NCBI GenBank assembly: GCA_963705165.1
Contig: CAVPJD010000009.1
Location: forward strand, 1 to 64,000
Source of the DNA: an uncultured delta proteobacterium
Lineage (GTDB): Bacteria; Desulfobacterota; Syntrophia; Syntrophales; UBA2192
Direction of reading: 5' to 3'
DNA: 64,000 bases
Part shown: positions 22,205 to 31,763 of the stretch, one piece after another
Position numbering within the stretch: the stretch's first letter is position 1
Layout: each line of letters starts with the position of its first letter
Notes under the pieces: generated by a model
What the model was told of the DNA's origin: nothing
What the model saw: only the letters and a program-made list of their open reading frames with translations
Database searches by the model: none
Position numbers and translations under genes: made by a program

Positions 22205-22238
22205 CAGTGACCAGTGATCAGTGACCGGTGACCAGTGG
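22205..22238 (+). repeat. Heptamer tandem array (CAGTGAY)
   Basis: cagtgac-cagtgat-cagtgac-cggtgac-cagtgg. Confidence 0.75.
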
Positions 22239-22336
22239 AAGAAAAAAAAGGACTAGGGACCCGGACGTAGGAACGGGGTCACGCGGTAGTGACTGGAAAG
22301 AGAACCTCGTTCCTCGAGCCTCGAGCCTGCGCAGCG

Positions 22337-22495
22337 CTACTGCGCTGCGGGTGTAAAGTACTCACAGTCCCGCGTCCAGTCGTTGATGACGTGCTCGACG
22401 AAGCGGGCGAAGCGCCAGCACTTCTCCAACTCCGATTCGGTCCGGGGGCTGTGAAAGACGCACCTCTCGCACGTTTTCCTGTAATCGGGTTTCAT
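22337..22495 (-). CDS. Small Cys-rich protein, 52 aa (absent from the ORF track)
   Basis: GGAGGTGG RBS 5 nt before ATG; MKPDYRKTCERCVFHSPRTESELEKCWRFARFVEHVINDWTRDCEYFTPAAQ. Confidence 0.7.
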   Translation of the reverse strand: MKPDYRKTCERCVFHSPRTESELEKCWRFARFVEHVINDWTRDCEYFTPAAQ

Positions 22496-22569
22496 CTTGA
22501 CCACCTCCGCGTTTTGGTTTAACGGAAGTGATCCGTCCCGTCAACGGAAATAAATACGGGAATCCACCG

Positions 22570-22809
22570 ATGGAAAATGAACAGGCCCTGGAGGAAGCCC
22601 TCCTGGTCGAAGACCTGCACACGGGGGAGCTGATCGTCGAGCGCGCAAACGGCGAAAAATGGCTCCTCGACGCCAAGAAGGCCTGGTGCCCCTGGGGTTA
22701 CGAATTCGAGGGCAAGCGCGTTTCTCTCAAATTCGGCGACGTGACATCGATCCTCGTCAACGACCGGGGCGAGCAGTACGAGTTCTGGACGGAGAAACAG
22801 ATCGAATGA
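22570..22809 (+). CDS. Hypothetical protein, 79 aa
   Basis: Host-like codon usage; acidic, beta-rich looking sequence. Confidence 0.6.
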   Translation: MENEQALEEALLVEDLHTGELIVERANGEKWLLDAKKAWCPWGYEFEGKRVSLKFGDVTSILVNDRGEQYEFWTEKQIE

Positions 22810-22852
22810 TCCGACATACGAACGGCCCGGATGACCGCGGCGAGGGAGTGAA

Positions 22853-23176
22853 TCATTTGTGGCCGTAATGGCATTTGGTGCACACCATGTCTGGTGCGTA
22901 GGCATGAGGGTTGGGGCTCTTGTCCTTCGACCGTTCCGCCATTTTCTTAGCATCGCCGTGGCAGCCCATGCAGGCCACATGGCTCAGCTTTGACTTCGGC
23001 GGGTTTTCCTTGTGGCAGGTCTCGCAGGTGTGGCCCCGCGCCATGTGCCGGAGGGCCAGATATTCCTTGTCCCCGGCCGCCCGGGCAGTCCCGTCGAGCG
23101 GGCCCTGCGGACCGGCCGAAACAGCCAGGGTCATCAGAGCCGTGGCCATGATCCCCTGAAGAATACGGCGGTTCAT
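22853..23176 (-). CDS. Small periplasmic multiheme cytochrome c with three CXXCH motifs
   Basis: Signal peptide; CETCH, CMGCH, CTKCH; NPH and extra His ligands; GGAG RBS. Confidence 0.85.
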   Translation of the reverse strand: MNRRILQGIMATALMTLAVSAGPQGPLDGTARAAGDKEYLALRHMARGHTCETCHKENPPKSKLSHVACMGCHGDAKKMAERSKDKSPNPHAYAPDMVCTKCHYGHK

Positions 23177-23240
23177 CCCTCACTCCTTCCCCGTTATTGC
23201 ATGGAAGACACGCGCCCGGTAGTGGTTCCCCGGGCCCTCC

Positions 23241-24185
23241 TCATCCGTGTTCATGATCATGGCTCGATCCTCGATTCGCATTCCTCGCCCCTGAGTTATC
23301 CAGGTCCTGTTCGGTCAGGATGAACCGGCACACGTCGCCGCAGGTCTCGCACTCCATTTCGAGGGTTGTGTGGGTGATGTTGTATTTTTCGTCAAGAACG
23401 GCGCGGATGAGGCAGGCGATTTCCTGGCTTTCCCGCGTCGTGATGTTGTCCGTGAGGACGTGAGCGCTCAAGGCTCTGCGCCCCGAGCCGATCGTCCAAA
23501 TGTGGATGTCGTGCAGATCCTCAACACCGGGAATTTTCCCCACCTCCTGTCGCAGCTGCGCGATGTCGATGTCCCGAGGCGTGGCCTCCAGCAGGATCTC
23601 CCCCGACTCCATGACAAGATCGACGGCCCCTCGAAGCACGATGCCGCCGATGAGCATACCGATGAGGGAGTCGACGACGTACCAGCCGGTCAACCAGATG
23701 ATGGCGCCGCCGACGATGACCCCCACGGAAGAAAGCGTGTCAGCCAGGATGTGAAAGAAGGCGCTCCGGACATTCAGGTTGTCGTGGCTCTCCCCCTTAA
23801 GGATGAAAAGCCCGAAGAGGTTTCCCGCCAAGCCGATGGTCGCAATGGCCAGGAGGATGCCTGTTTTGATCTCCTGCGGGTGGAAGAACCGCAGGACCGC
23901 CTCGTAGAAGATGTACCCGGCGATGAGGAGGAGCGCCACTCCGTTGGCCAGGGCCACGAGGATCTCGACGCGGTGATAACCGAAAGTCCTGCGGTGATCG
24001 GCGGGCCTGCGGCTCCAGTGGATGGCGAGATAGCTGAGAAAGACGGCAAGCGAGTCCGTCAGCATGTGCCCGGCATCGCTGAGGAGGGCAAGGCTGTTGC
24101 TGATGATCCCGCCCACGATCTCCAGGACCATGAGGGTGAGGGTGAAGGCAAGGATGAGGAGAAGCTTCTTTTCCCGGTTCATCAT
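23241..24185 (-). CDS. Cation diffusion facilitator (CzcD-like)
   Basis: SLALLSDAGHMLTD, TFGYHRVE, HILAD, HDIHIW; His-rich tail. Confidence 0.93.
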   Translation of the reverse strand: MMNREKKLLLILAFTLTLMVLEIVGGIISNSLALLSDAGHMLTDSLAVFLSYLAIHWSRRPADHRRTFGYHRVEILVALANGVALLLIAGYIFYEAVLRFFHPQEIKTGILLAIATIGLAGNLFGLFILKGESHDNLNVRSAFFHILADTLSSVGVIVGGAIIWLTGWYVVDSLIGMLIGGIVLRGAVDLVMESGEILLEATPRDIDIAQLRQEVGKIPGVEDLHDIHIWTIGSGRRALSAHVLTDNITTRESQEIACLIRAVLDEKYNITHTTLEMECETCGDVCRFILTEQDLDNSGARNANRGSSHDHEHG

Positions 24186-24249
24186 GCCACTCTAGCCCAG
24201 CGGGGACGATTTGAGAAGTCCCATCTCCGTCGACGCGAGAGACTTCATA

Positions 24250-24353
24250 AGCCGACAGCCTGCAGTCTACAGCCGACAGTAAAAAGCAAAGAGCGGGGAG
24301 GAAGGATTGTGGTGTCTGTTGGCTGTTGGCTGTTGGCTGTTGGCTGTTGGCTG
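24250..24353. repeat. Heptamer array with inverted (CTGTTGG)5 array
   Basis: agccgac-agcctgc-agtctac-agccgac ... ctgttgg x5. Confidence 0.8.
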
Positions 24354-24368
24354 CCGCCCTGCGGCAGT

Positions 24369-25625
24369 TCAGCCCGCGATCATCTGCTGAAAGGCCAGGG
24401 CGATCAGGGCGATGCTCAGGCCGATGAGGACGGCGACCGAGGTCCAGGAGACCCAGTTGTTGATGCGGCCGTTCACGTAGGTGCCCATGAGGTCCTTCTT
24501 GTTGATGAGCAGAAGGATGAAGATGAGGACGAAAGGCAGCAGGACCCCGTTGACGACCTGGGAGACGAGCATGATCTGGATGAGGGGAGCCCCGGGGATG
24601 AGGATGAGCCCTCCGCTCAGGAGGATGAGGCCCGTGTAGAGCCCCATGAACTGCGGCGCCTCACTGAACTCCTTGTTGACGCCCGATTCCCAGCCCATCC
24701 CCTCGCAGATCGTGTAGGTGGTGGAAAGCGGCAGGATTGTCGCCGCAAAAAGCGAGGCGTTGACAAGACCCACGGCGAAGAGGACTGTCGCAAACTCGCC
24801 GGCCAGCGGCTTCAGCGCCATGGCGGCGTCCTCGGCCGTGTGGATGACGATGCCGCTCTTGAAAAGCGTGGCGCCGCAGGCCATGACGATGAAAAAGGCC
24901 ACCGTCGAGGCCATGACGCATCCCAGGATCACATCCCAGCGGACATACCGGTAGTCCTCGATGCGGACATTTTTCTCCACGATGGAGGCCTGCTGGTAGA
25001 ACTGCATCCACGGCGATATCGTCGTCCCGACCATTCCGATGAGAAGACCCACGAAGGCCGTATCCATATGGAAGGTCGGGGTGACCGTGTGTCGCGCCAC
25101 TTCGCCCCAGTCGGGCTTCGCCATGAATCCCGAGAGGATGTAAGAGAGGTAGATGATGCAGGCGCCGAGAAAGACCCTCTCGACCGTCTTGTAGTTCCCC
25201 TTCACCACGAGCAGCCAGATCACCCCGCAGGCAAGGGGCACCGAGAAATAGCGGCTGATCCCGAAGATCTCGAGGCTCGCCGCCAGGCCCGCAAATTCGG
25301 CCGCGCAGGTTCCCAGATTTGTGATCAACAGGGCGAACATGACGAAGACCGTCGTCTTCACGCCGTACTCCTCGCGGATGAGATCGGAAAGGCCCTTGCC
25401 CGTCACGACGCCGAGGCGTGCCACCATCTCCTGCACGATGATGAGCAGCGCGAGCATCGGGATGAAGGACCACAGGAGGGCATAGCCGTAGTGGGAGCCC
25501 GCCACCGAGTAGGTGGTGATGCCCGCGGCGTCGTTGTCCACGTTGGCCGTGATGATCCCCGGACCGACGATGCTGAGGAAGAACAGCATGCTCTTCCGGT
25601 CGATTTTGCGCAGTCGATCGAGCAT
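24369..25625 (-). CDS. Nramp-family divalent metal transporter (Nramp-related, Mg-type)
   Basis: GPGIITANVDNDAAGITTYS, QEMVARLGVVTGKGL, GTTISPW; lacks canonical DPGN. Confidence 0.9.
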   Translation of the reverse strand: MLDRLRKIDRKSMLFFLSIVGPGIITANVDNDAAGITTYSVAGSHYGYALLWSFIPMLALLIIVQEMVARLGVVTGKGLSDLIREEYGVKTTVFVMFALLITNLGTCAAEFAGLAASLEIFGISRYFSVPLACGVIWLLVVKGNYKTVERVFLGACIIYLSYILSGFMAKPDWGEVARHTVTPTFHMDTAFVGLLIGMVGTTISPWMQFYQQASIVEKNVRIEDYRYVRWDVILGCVMASTVAFFIVMACGATLFKSGIVIHTAEDAAMALKPLAGEFATVLFAVGLVNASLFAATILPLSTTYTICEGMGWESGVNKEFSEAPQFMGLYTGLILLSGGLILIPGAPLIQIMLVSQVVNGVLLPFVLIFILLLINKKDLMGTYVNGRINNWVSWTSVAVLIGLSIALIALAFQQMIAG

Positions 25626-25628
25626 GAC

Positions 25629-26846
25629 CTAGCGTTTCCTTCTGAGCGGTGTGGGCAGGAGCATGTCCACCACGTCGTCGACGGTGATGATGCCGAGGAT
25701 GTGATCTTCTTCGTCCACGACGGGTATGGCGTATAGGTTGTAGCGCGAGACCATCTCGGCCACCTCTTTCTTGTCTTCCGTTGCGAGGACCCTCTTCGGG
25801 TTTGTTTTCATGATGCTCCCCAGCGGCGCCCCGGGCGAGGCCAGGATCAGGTCCTTGAGCGAGAGCACGCCCTGCAGGTGCTCTTCCTTGTCCACCACGT
25901 AGAGATAGTAGATCATCTCGATGTCGGGCGCCAGGAGCCGCAGCTCCTTCATGACCTCCTCGGTCGTCATGTCGGGCGGGAAGCAGATGTAGTCCGTCGT
26001 CATGAGACCGCCCGCCGTGTCCTCGTCGTGCTCGAGGAGTTCCCGGACCTCTTCGGCTTCCTCCTTGTCCATGCGGTTGAGGAGTTCCACGGCTTTTTTC
26101 TCGGGCAGGTCGCCCAGGACGTCGGCCGCTTCGTCGGGATCCATCTGCTCCAGGACGTCGGCCGCCTTCTCCGGCTCCATCTCGTTGATGATCTTGGCTG
26201 CCGTCTCGTCATCGAGCTCGCCGATGACATCGCCCGCCGTTTCCTCATCCAGCGAGCTGAGCAGGGCCGTCCTCTCCTGCATCGAGACCTGCGAGAGGAT
26301 CTCCGCCATGTCGACGGGGTGCATCTCGGCGAGGCTCTTCCGGGTCATCGTCAGCGTGAGCCGGTCGAGGCCCGGCTCGAGCGTCGTCACATATCGCCAG
26401 GGGATGAGGGTCCCCTTCCTGGCCTTCCCGAAGCCAAGCCTCCGGATAAGCCCCCCGAACCCCACGTCGATGGCGAGCATCCCGAAGTGGTCGTTGACCT
26501 GGCCGAGCTGCACGTCGTTGACGCGGACGACCTTGACGCCGTTTACATCGACGATCTGCTTGTCCATGATGTGCTTCGCGATCAGGATCTCCTTCTCGCG
26601 TGGCTCCGTATAGACGATGGAGCCGGCATCCCCCCGGATCGTGACGACCCTCTTGTTGAGGACGTTGATCTCCTTCATCGAAACGTAGGCCGTCCCGCCG
26701 GGGGTCCTGATGTAGAGACCCTCCACGCAGGGGAAGGGGTCGCCGGGAACCACGTTGAGGTCCCGGATCTTTCCGATGGCATCCCCCTTCTTGTCCAGGA
26801 CGGGACGTGCCAGCAGTTCGCTCAGATAGATGCTGTCCGTGATCAT
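25629..26846 (-). CDS. MgtE intracellular-domain / CBS-pair protein with N-terminal PRC-like region
   Basis: DKQIVDVNG.KVVRVND, MHPVDMAEIL, MDPDEAADVL, EDTAGGLMT, GIITVDD; no TM domain. Confidence 0.9.
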   Translation of the reverse strand: MITDSIYLSELLARPVLDKKGDAIGKIRDLNVVPGDPFPCVEGLYIRTPGGTAYVSMKEINVLNKRVVTIRGDAGSIVYTEPREKEILIAKHIMDKQIVDVNGVKVVRVNDVQLGQVNDHFGMLAIDVGFGGLIRRLGFGKARKGTLIPWRYVTTLEPGLDRLTLTMTRKSLAEMHPVDMAEILSQVSMQERTALLSSLDEETAGDVIGELDDETAAKIINEMEPEKAADVLEQMDPDEAADVLGDLPEKKAVELLNRMDKEEAEEVRELLEHDEDTAGGLMTTDYICFPPDMTTEEVMKELRLLAPDIEMIYYLYVVDKEEHLQGVLSLKDLILASPGAPLGSIMKTNPKRVLATEDKKEVAEMVSRYNLYAIPVVDEEDHILGIITVDDVVDMLLPTPLRRKR

Positions 26847-27148
26847 GATGGTCACCCCCGCAAGGTCTTCAGCTGTTGCGATCGACCCTTGCGTCCCCCG
26901 GGAGATGTCGGCGACTGAAAGCTCGTCTCCCCGGGGAGAAGGCATGCAATTTGGGTGCTGGGCGCGGATTCGGCCCAAGGGTAAAAGGAGCTAATAAGCC
27001 AGAACAACTGAAAAAGTCAAGCTTTCTTGCCGTAACGGCCGGACTTGCCGGCGTCGCGTTTTCCCTTGACACCCCCCCGGCGGTTTTCTATAAGAACATC
27101 AATCGGCCCACCATAACTTCAGCCCAGGATCCAAGTGGAGGGGAACAG

Positions 27149-27550
27149 ATGCAGGACGAGAAAAGGGTCAGGATACTCATGGCCAAGTTCGGCGAGGGGT
27201 TCGAGAAATCCGTGGTGAAGCTCGCGCTGGCCTTCCGGGAGTCGGGGTTCGAGATCATCTACACGGAAACCCAGACGCCGGAGGCCATCGTAACGTCCGC
27301 CATCCAGGAGGACGTGGACCACATCGGGATCACGACGCTTCCCGGCGCGAATATCGACGACATCCGGAAGGTCATGGAACTGCTGGACAGGGCCGATGCC
27401 CGGGACATCGGGGTGACGGCGGGCGGGTTTCTCAGCTACGACGACATCCCCCGTCTCAAGGAGGTCGGCATCGTCCAGTTCTTCCCCATGGGCACGACCA
27501 TCCAGGAACTCATCGAATGGGCCCGGACGAATATCAAGCAGACGCATTAA
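27149..27550 (+). CDS. Cobalamin-binding domain protein (mutase small-subunit-like), lacking DxHxxG
   Basis: RILMAK, GFEIIYT, QTPEAIV..AIQEDVD, GG, F.MGT; GGAGG RBS. Confidence 0.8.
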   Translation: MQDEKRVRILMAKFGEGFEKSVVKLALAFRESGFEIIYTETQTPEAIVTSAIQEDVDHIGITTLPGANIDDIRKVMELLDRADARDIGVTAGGFLSYDDIPRLKEVGIVQFFPMGTTIQELIEWARTNIKQTH

Positions 27551-27650
27551 GTGGCTAGTGGCTAGTGGTTAGTGGCTTGTAAAAAAAGGCCCTTGCGGAA
27601 TTCGCAAGGGCCTTTCTTTCTTCACTGGTCACTAGCCACTACTGGTCACT
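27550..27650. terminator. Bidirectional terminator flanked by inverted heptamer arrays
   Basis: (agtggct)n, then aaaggcccttgcg-gaatt-cgcaagggccttt (27585-27615), then cactggt-cactagc-cact. Confidence 0.8.
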
Positions 27651-27653
27651 TCT

Positions 27654-28634
27654 TCACTGTGCCTGTTGAATGGCCGAGAGCTTCCAGGCGTTTTTCCCGA
27701 CGGGTCGCGTGAAGGTCCAGTACTCCTCGAATTTCACAGGCTCCGTTCTGCTTCCCGACAGGACCTGATTCGTCGACTCATCGATCGTGTAATCCAGCAG
27801 GTTGGCGTAGACCCTCGCCGTGATGTAATCCTGCCCCGTCTCCTGCCAGACCTCGGTGATGTCGATGGACCGCACGGCGATGTTCTCCAGCCGGTTGATC
27901 TTCTTTTCCGCCTTCAGCTTCCGGGCGTCCTCCGAGAGGGCGCCGTAAATCTCGTCGGTCAGGACATTCTTCGCAGTGGACATGTCGCGGTTTGCCCATG
28001 CGCCCTGGATCTGGAAGAACACGTCCATGCAGGCATCGGTGAAGACCTTCTCGTCAAACCCCGCGTCCATCTGGCGGACGTGCGAAATTCCCTGCTGGAC
28101 GTCATCGGCGGCAGTGTTTCCCGCTGATGGGACGTAGCCGGGTTGAGAGGGGGGTGTTGCCGTCCCCACCGACTGGCCGCCCATATAGGTTGCCCCTGCG
28201 GTGGCCTCCTCGCGGCGGCGTTTCAGGAACCTATAGAGGAAGTAGAGGATCGCCCCGATGAGGACGATCTCGAAGAGCCCGATCCCTCCCCCCATACCCC
28301 CTTCACCGGGGGCGCCGAATCCGAGGCTCCGAAAGAGCATGCCGCCGACGATGCCGCCCATGACACCGCCCGCGATGCTTCTCCACATGCTGGGCTGCTG
28401 CATGGGCATGGGCGCGGGTGCCGTGGGGGTCGGAGATGTGACCGACCGTGACGGCGAGGTGGGCGATGGGGAGGTGGGGCTTGCCGGTGCCGAGGAGGTT
28501 CTCGACCCGCGGCTCCCGGAAGAGGAGCGCCCGCCGCCCGCCCTGGCAAAGACCTCATCGGGGATGAGGAAACAGAGGAAGAAAAAAAGAGTGAAGAGCA
28601 TCAACCCTTTCAATACCCAGCGATTTGTCGACAT
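27654..28634 (-). CDS. Tim44-like domain membrane protein
   Basis: ARAGGGRS.GSRGSR start, Gly-rich TM region, FFQIQGAW, FEEYWTFTR, WKLSAIQQ. Confidence 0.88.
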   Translation of the reverse strand: MSTNRWVLKGLMLFTLFFFLCFLIPDEVFARAGGGRSSSGSRGSRTSSAPASPTSPSPTSPSRSVTSPTPTAPAPMPMQQPSMWRSIAGGVMGGIVGGMLFRSLGFGAPGEGGMGGGIGLFEIVLIGAILYFLYRFLKRRREEATAGATYMGGQSVGTATPPSQPGYVPSAGNTAADDVQQGISHVRQMDAGFDEKVFTDACMDVFFQIQGAWANRDMSTAKNVLTDEIYGALSEDARKLKAEKKINRLENIAVRSIDITEVWQETGQDYITARVYANLLDYTIDESTNQVLSGSRTEPVKFEEYWTFTRPVGKNAWKLSAIQQAQ

Positions 28635-28649
28635 AACACCTCCGGATTT

Positions 28650-28689
28650 GGTCTATCTGGTCTATTTTGTCTTTCTAGTCTGTCTAGTC
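28650..28689. repeat. Nonamer tandem array
   Basis: ggtctatct-ggtctattt-tgtctttct-agtctgtct-agtc. Confidence 0.6.
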
Positions 28690-28781
28690 CTGTGAATGCC
28701 CCTTACCATAATCTCCCTCGCCCTAATGAAGTCCCCCTTCCTTAATCTTCCTCTCCCTATGAAAACCCAGTTCCTTGATTT

Positions 28782-28861
28782 CCCTCTCCCCCACGAGGGA
28801 GAGGGTCAGGGTGAGGGGGAATGATACCTTTCCATCCCGGGAGAGGATTGAGGTGAGGGTG
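28782..28861. repeat. CCCTCTCCC/GGGAGAGGG palindromic repeat (second locus)
   Basis: ccctctccc...gggagagggtcagggtgagggg; shares 16- and 21-nt inverted matches with 15641-15669. Confidence 0.75.
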
Positions 28862-28981
28862 AAGAATCCCCTTCCATTATCTATCCGTTATGCAATATAA
28901 GCACCGTTTTGATTTTTGCAATGTCCCGGGGCGACTCTTCGTGCTAATCGGCAATTTCCCTCTAAAGTCAAGACTTTGCAC

Positions 28982-29479
28982 CTATTGAATCTCGTTGTAA
29001 AGCTCAGGTGCCCGGCCGCAGTTGGGACACTTTTCGGGCCGCGCCAGGGTCTCGACCCATCCGCAGTAGGAGCAGACGAAGTACTGCGTCTCCTTGTCGC
29101 TCGCCATGTCGGAGATGGCCAGCTTGTAGAGGTGGGCGTGGCGCTCCTCGGCGTTGCGGGCCTTCGTGAAGTACCAGATCGAGAGCTTGTCTTCGTCGGC
29201 CCAGGCCTGTTTCAGAAACGCCGGGTAGGCCACCTCGTTGACGAAGGATTCCTTCTCGAAGGACAGCTGCAGGTTTTTCTCCGTCGAACCGACCTGTTCC
29301 AGCAGTTCGAAATGGCTCTTGGCATGGACGGCCTCGGCGGCGGCAACCGCGCGAAAGAGCCGTGCGATCTGGGGATACCCCTCCTCCTGGGCCTTTCCGG
29401 CAAAGGCCAGCAGTCGGAAGTAGGCCTTGGCCTCCCCCACGAAGGCAGCTTCCACATTTCTGCGTGTCGCTTCTGTCAT
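28982..29479 (-). CDS. Rubrerythrin family protein
   Basis: AFVGEAKA, AEAVHA, AEERH diiron motifs; C-terminal CSYCG...CPNCG. Confidence 0.92.
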   Translation of the reverse strand: MTEATRRNVEAAFVGEAKAYFRLLAFAGKAQEEGYPQIARLFRAVAAAEAVHAKSHFELLEQVGSTEKNLQLSFEKESFVNEVAYPAFLKQAWADEDKLSIWYFTKARNAEERHAHLYKLAISDMASDKETQYFVCSYCGWVETLARPEKCPNCGRAPELYNEIQ

Positions 29480-29674
29480 GGCAATCTCCTTTCGGCGCTT
29501 GTCGTGCCGGCCTGCCCGGCGGAGACCGACCTTCTTGGAGTACTTAACCTTTTTTCCCCTTCCCCGGCAACCTGTTATTTCGGACGGGGTGCACCGCATT
29601 GCCACCCTTGTATCAATAACGGTTGAAGTTTTCGGTCCAGCGAATTAGTATATTCATTATTGAGGAGGTGTTTT

Positions 29675-29983
29675 ATGGCACGCAAACGCGGCAGCAAAAG
29701 CGGCTCGTCGGCACCAAAAATAGGCAAAAAACGGGTTGCCTTCGCCGTCCATGCACCCCACGCCCGCGAGGTAGCCGTGGCGGGCACGTTCAACGACTGG
29801 GACCCCTCCGCCCGTCCCCTGAAGAGAGAGGCGGACGGCAGCTGGAAGGTCACCTTCTACCTCGCACCCGGGAAATACGAGTACCGGTTCGTCGTCGACG
29901 GCATCTGGACCGATGACCCCTGCTGCACCACCCGATGCTGGAACCAGTACGGCGGCGAGAACTGCATCCTCGCCGTGGAGTAG
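29675..29983 (+). CDS. Stand-alone glycogen-binding (CBM48 / isoamylase early set) protein
   Basis: V.VAGTFNDW, GSW, L.PGKYEYRFVVDG.W..DP, N.YGGEN; GAGGAGG RBS. Confidence 0.88.
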   Translation: MARKRGSKSGSSAPKIGKKRVAFAVHAPHAREVAVAGTFNDWDPSARPLKREADGSWKVTFYLAPGKYEYRFVVDGIWTDDPCCTTRCWNQYGGENCILAVE

Positions 29984-30345
29984 CCGTCCGGCATTCCCAA
30001 ATCACCCTGATTTCTTACACATTCCCCTCTTCCCGCCTGCAGCAAGACTCCGCTCCGGAGATGCATTCTTGCGCACCAGGTATATCCCCTCGTCTTTCGC
30101 GCAGACCGGGCGCCCTCACCGGGAAGCCCCGCTGTGCACAACACGGTTTCCATGCGCGTGCAATCGTTTTCAGGATTGCTTTTTTTGCGCAGGTGTGATA
30201 GCTGTGCGCGTTCCTAGAATCAGGCGGCGCAATCGCAGAAAAGTTGCCAGAACGCTTCCGGAAGGCGGTCGACAGAGAGACCGGGGGCGTCACGGACGGC
30301 GCGCAACCCGATCAGGGGGCATACTAAAAAAATGGGAGGTAGACG

Positions 30346-31683
30346 ATGTCTTACGCAGAAGAGTACAAGAGGAAACTTACAACCCCCGAAGAAGCTGTGA
30401 AAGTGGTGAAGAGCGGAGACTGGATTGATTACGGCTTCGGCCACACCAAGCCCGTCGCCCTGGACAAGGCCCTGGCGGGTCGCAAGAGCGAGCTCAAGAA
30501 CATCAATATCCGCCACTGCCTGAGCCTGACCCAAAACGCCTGTATCGAATCCGACCCCGAGGGAGAGGTCTTCACGTATCAGGACTGGCATTTCAGTGGA
30601 TACGTCCGCAAATTGCACGACCGCGGAAGAGCTTACTATCACCCCATGATCTTCCGCAACCAGCCCCTGTTCTACCGAAAGAGCATCAAATCCCTCGACG
30701 TCGCCATGATCCGCGTGACCAAGATGGACAAGGACGGTTTCTTCAACACGCACATGGGCAATGCGGCTGTGCGCGCGGCCATGGACGTTGCGAAGAAGAT
30801 CATCGTCGAAGTCAACCCGCTTCTCCCCTGGGCGATGGGCGGCCGTGAAGAGACCGTGCACATCTCCGAAGTCGACGCCATCGTCGAGTTCGAATCCAAG
30901 GTGGAAGTGATCCCCCCCGCCGCCCCAACGGAAATCGACAAGAAGATCGCGGGCTTCATCGTCCCCATGATCCCCAACGGCGCCTGCATCCAGCTGGGCA
31001 TCGGCGGTCTGCCCAATTTCGTCGGGAGCCAGCTGGCCGAATCGGATCTCAAGGACCTGGGCTGCCACACGGAGATGCTCGTCGACGCCTACTACCACAT
31101 GCACGCGGCCGGCAAGCTGACCAACAAGAAGAAGGGCGTGGACAAGAACAAGAGCGCTTACGCCTTCGCCGCCGGCAGCCAGTTCCTCTATGACTGGATC
31201 GACATGAACCCCTCGCTGGCGTCCTACCCGGTCTCCTACACCAACGCCCCCCATGTCATGTGCCAGCACAATAACATGGTCTCCATCAACGCCTGCGTCG
31301 AGGTCGACCTCTTCGGGCAGGTTTCGTCCGAATCGGCAGGGCCGCGGCACATCAGCGGCACCGGCGGACAGCTGGATTTCGCAACCGGCGCATACATGTC
31401 CGAGGGCGGGATGTCCTTCATCTGCTGCAACGCCGCCTATACGGACAAGAAAACGGGCGAGATCAAATCCCGGATCACCCCCATGCTGCCCCAGGGCTCT
31501 ATCGTGACGGTGCCGCGCACCCAGGCCCACCTGATCGTGACGGAATTCGGCGTCGCGGACCTGGCGGGCAGGTCCACCTGGCAGAGGGCGGAGGCGCTGA
31601 TCAACGTCGCCCACCCCGACCTGCGCGATGGGCTGGTCAAAGAAGCGGAGAAAATGAACATCTGGCGCAAGGCCAGCAAGTAA
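30346..31683 (+). CDS. Acetyl-CoA hydrolase/transferase family (butyryl-CoA:acetate CoA-transferase-like)
   Basis: QLGIGGLP, DLGCHTEM, SGTGGQLDF, VTEFGVA, INVAHPD. Confidence 0.92.
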   Translation: MSYAEEYKRKLTTPEEAVKVVKSGDWIDYGFGHTKPVALDKALAGRKSELKNINIRHCLSLTQNACIESDPEGEVFTYQDWHFSGYVRKLHDRGRAYYHPMIFRNQPLFYRKSIKSLDVAMIRVTKMDKDGFFNTHMGNAAVRAAMDVAKKIIVEVNPLLPWAMGGREETVHISEVDAIVEFESKVEVIPPAAPTEIDKKIAGFIVPMIPNGACIQLGIGGLPNFVGSQLAESDLKDLGCHTEMLVDAYYHMHAAGKLTNKKKGVDKNKSAYAFAAGSQFLYDWIDMNPSLASYPVSYTNAPHVMCQHNNMVSINACVEVDLFGQVSSESAGPRHISGTGGQLDFATGAYMSEGGMSFICCNAAYTDKKTGEIKSRITPMLPQGSIVTVPRTQAHLIVTEFGVADLAGRSTWQRAEALINVAHPDLRDGLVKEAEKMNIWRKASK

Positions 31684-31699
31684 TAACTGCTCATTGTGG

Positions 31700-31737
31700 A
31701 AAGGCCCCCGGGTATTCGTGCCCGGGGGCCTTTTTTT
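31700..31737 (+). terminator. Intrinsic terminator of the CoA-transferase gene
   Basis: aaaggcccccgggta-ttcg-tgcccgggggcc followed by T7. Confidence 0.9.
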
Positions 31738-31763
31738 GCCCATCTACTGCCGTTTTTCACAAG

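Noticed and set aside
26850..26985. M-box (ykoK) riboswitch upstream of the MgtE-domain gene
   Set aside because: Characteristic M-box conserved segments were not found; kept only as an unassigned structured-leader candidate
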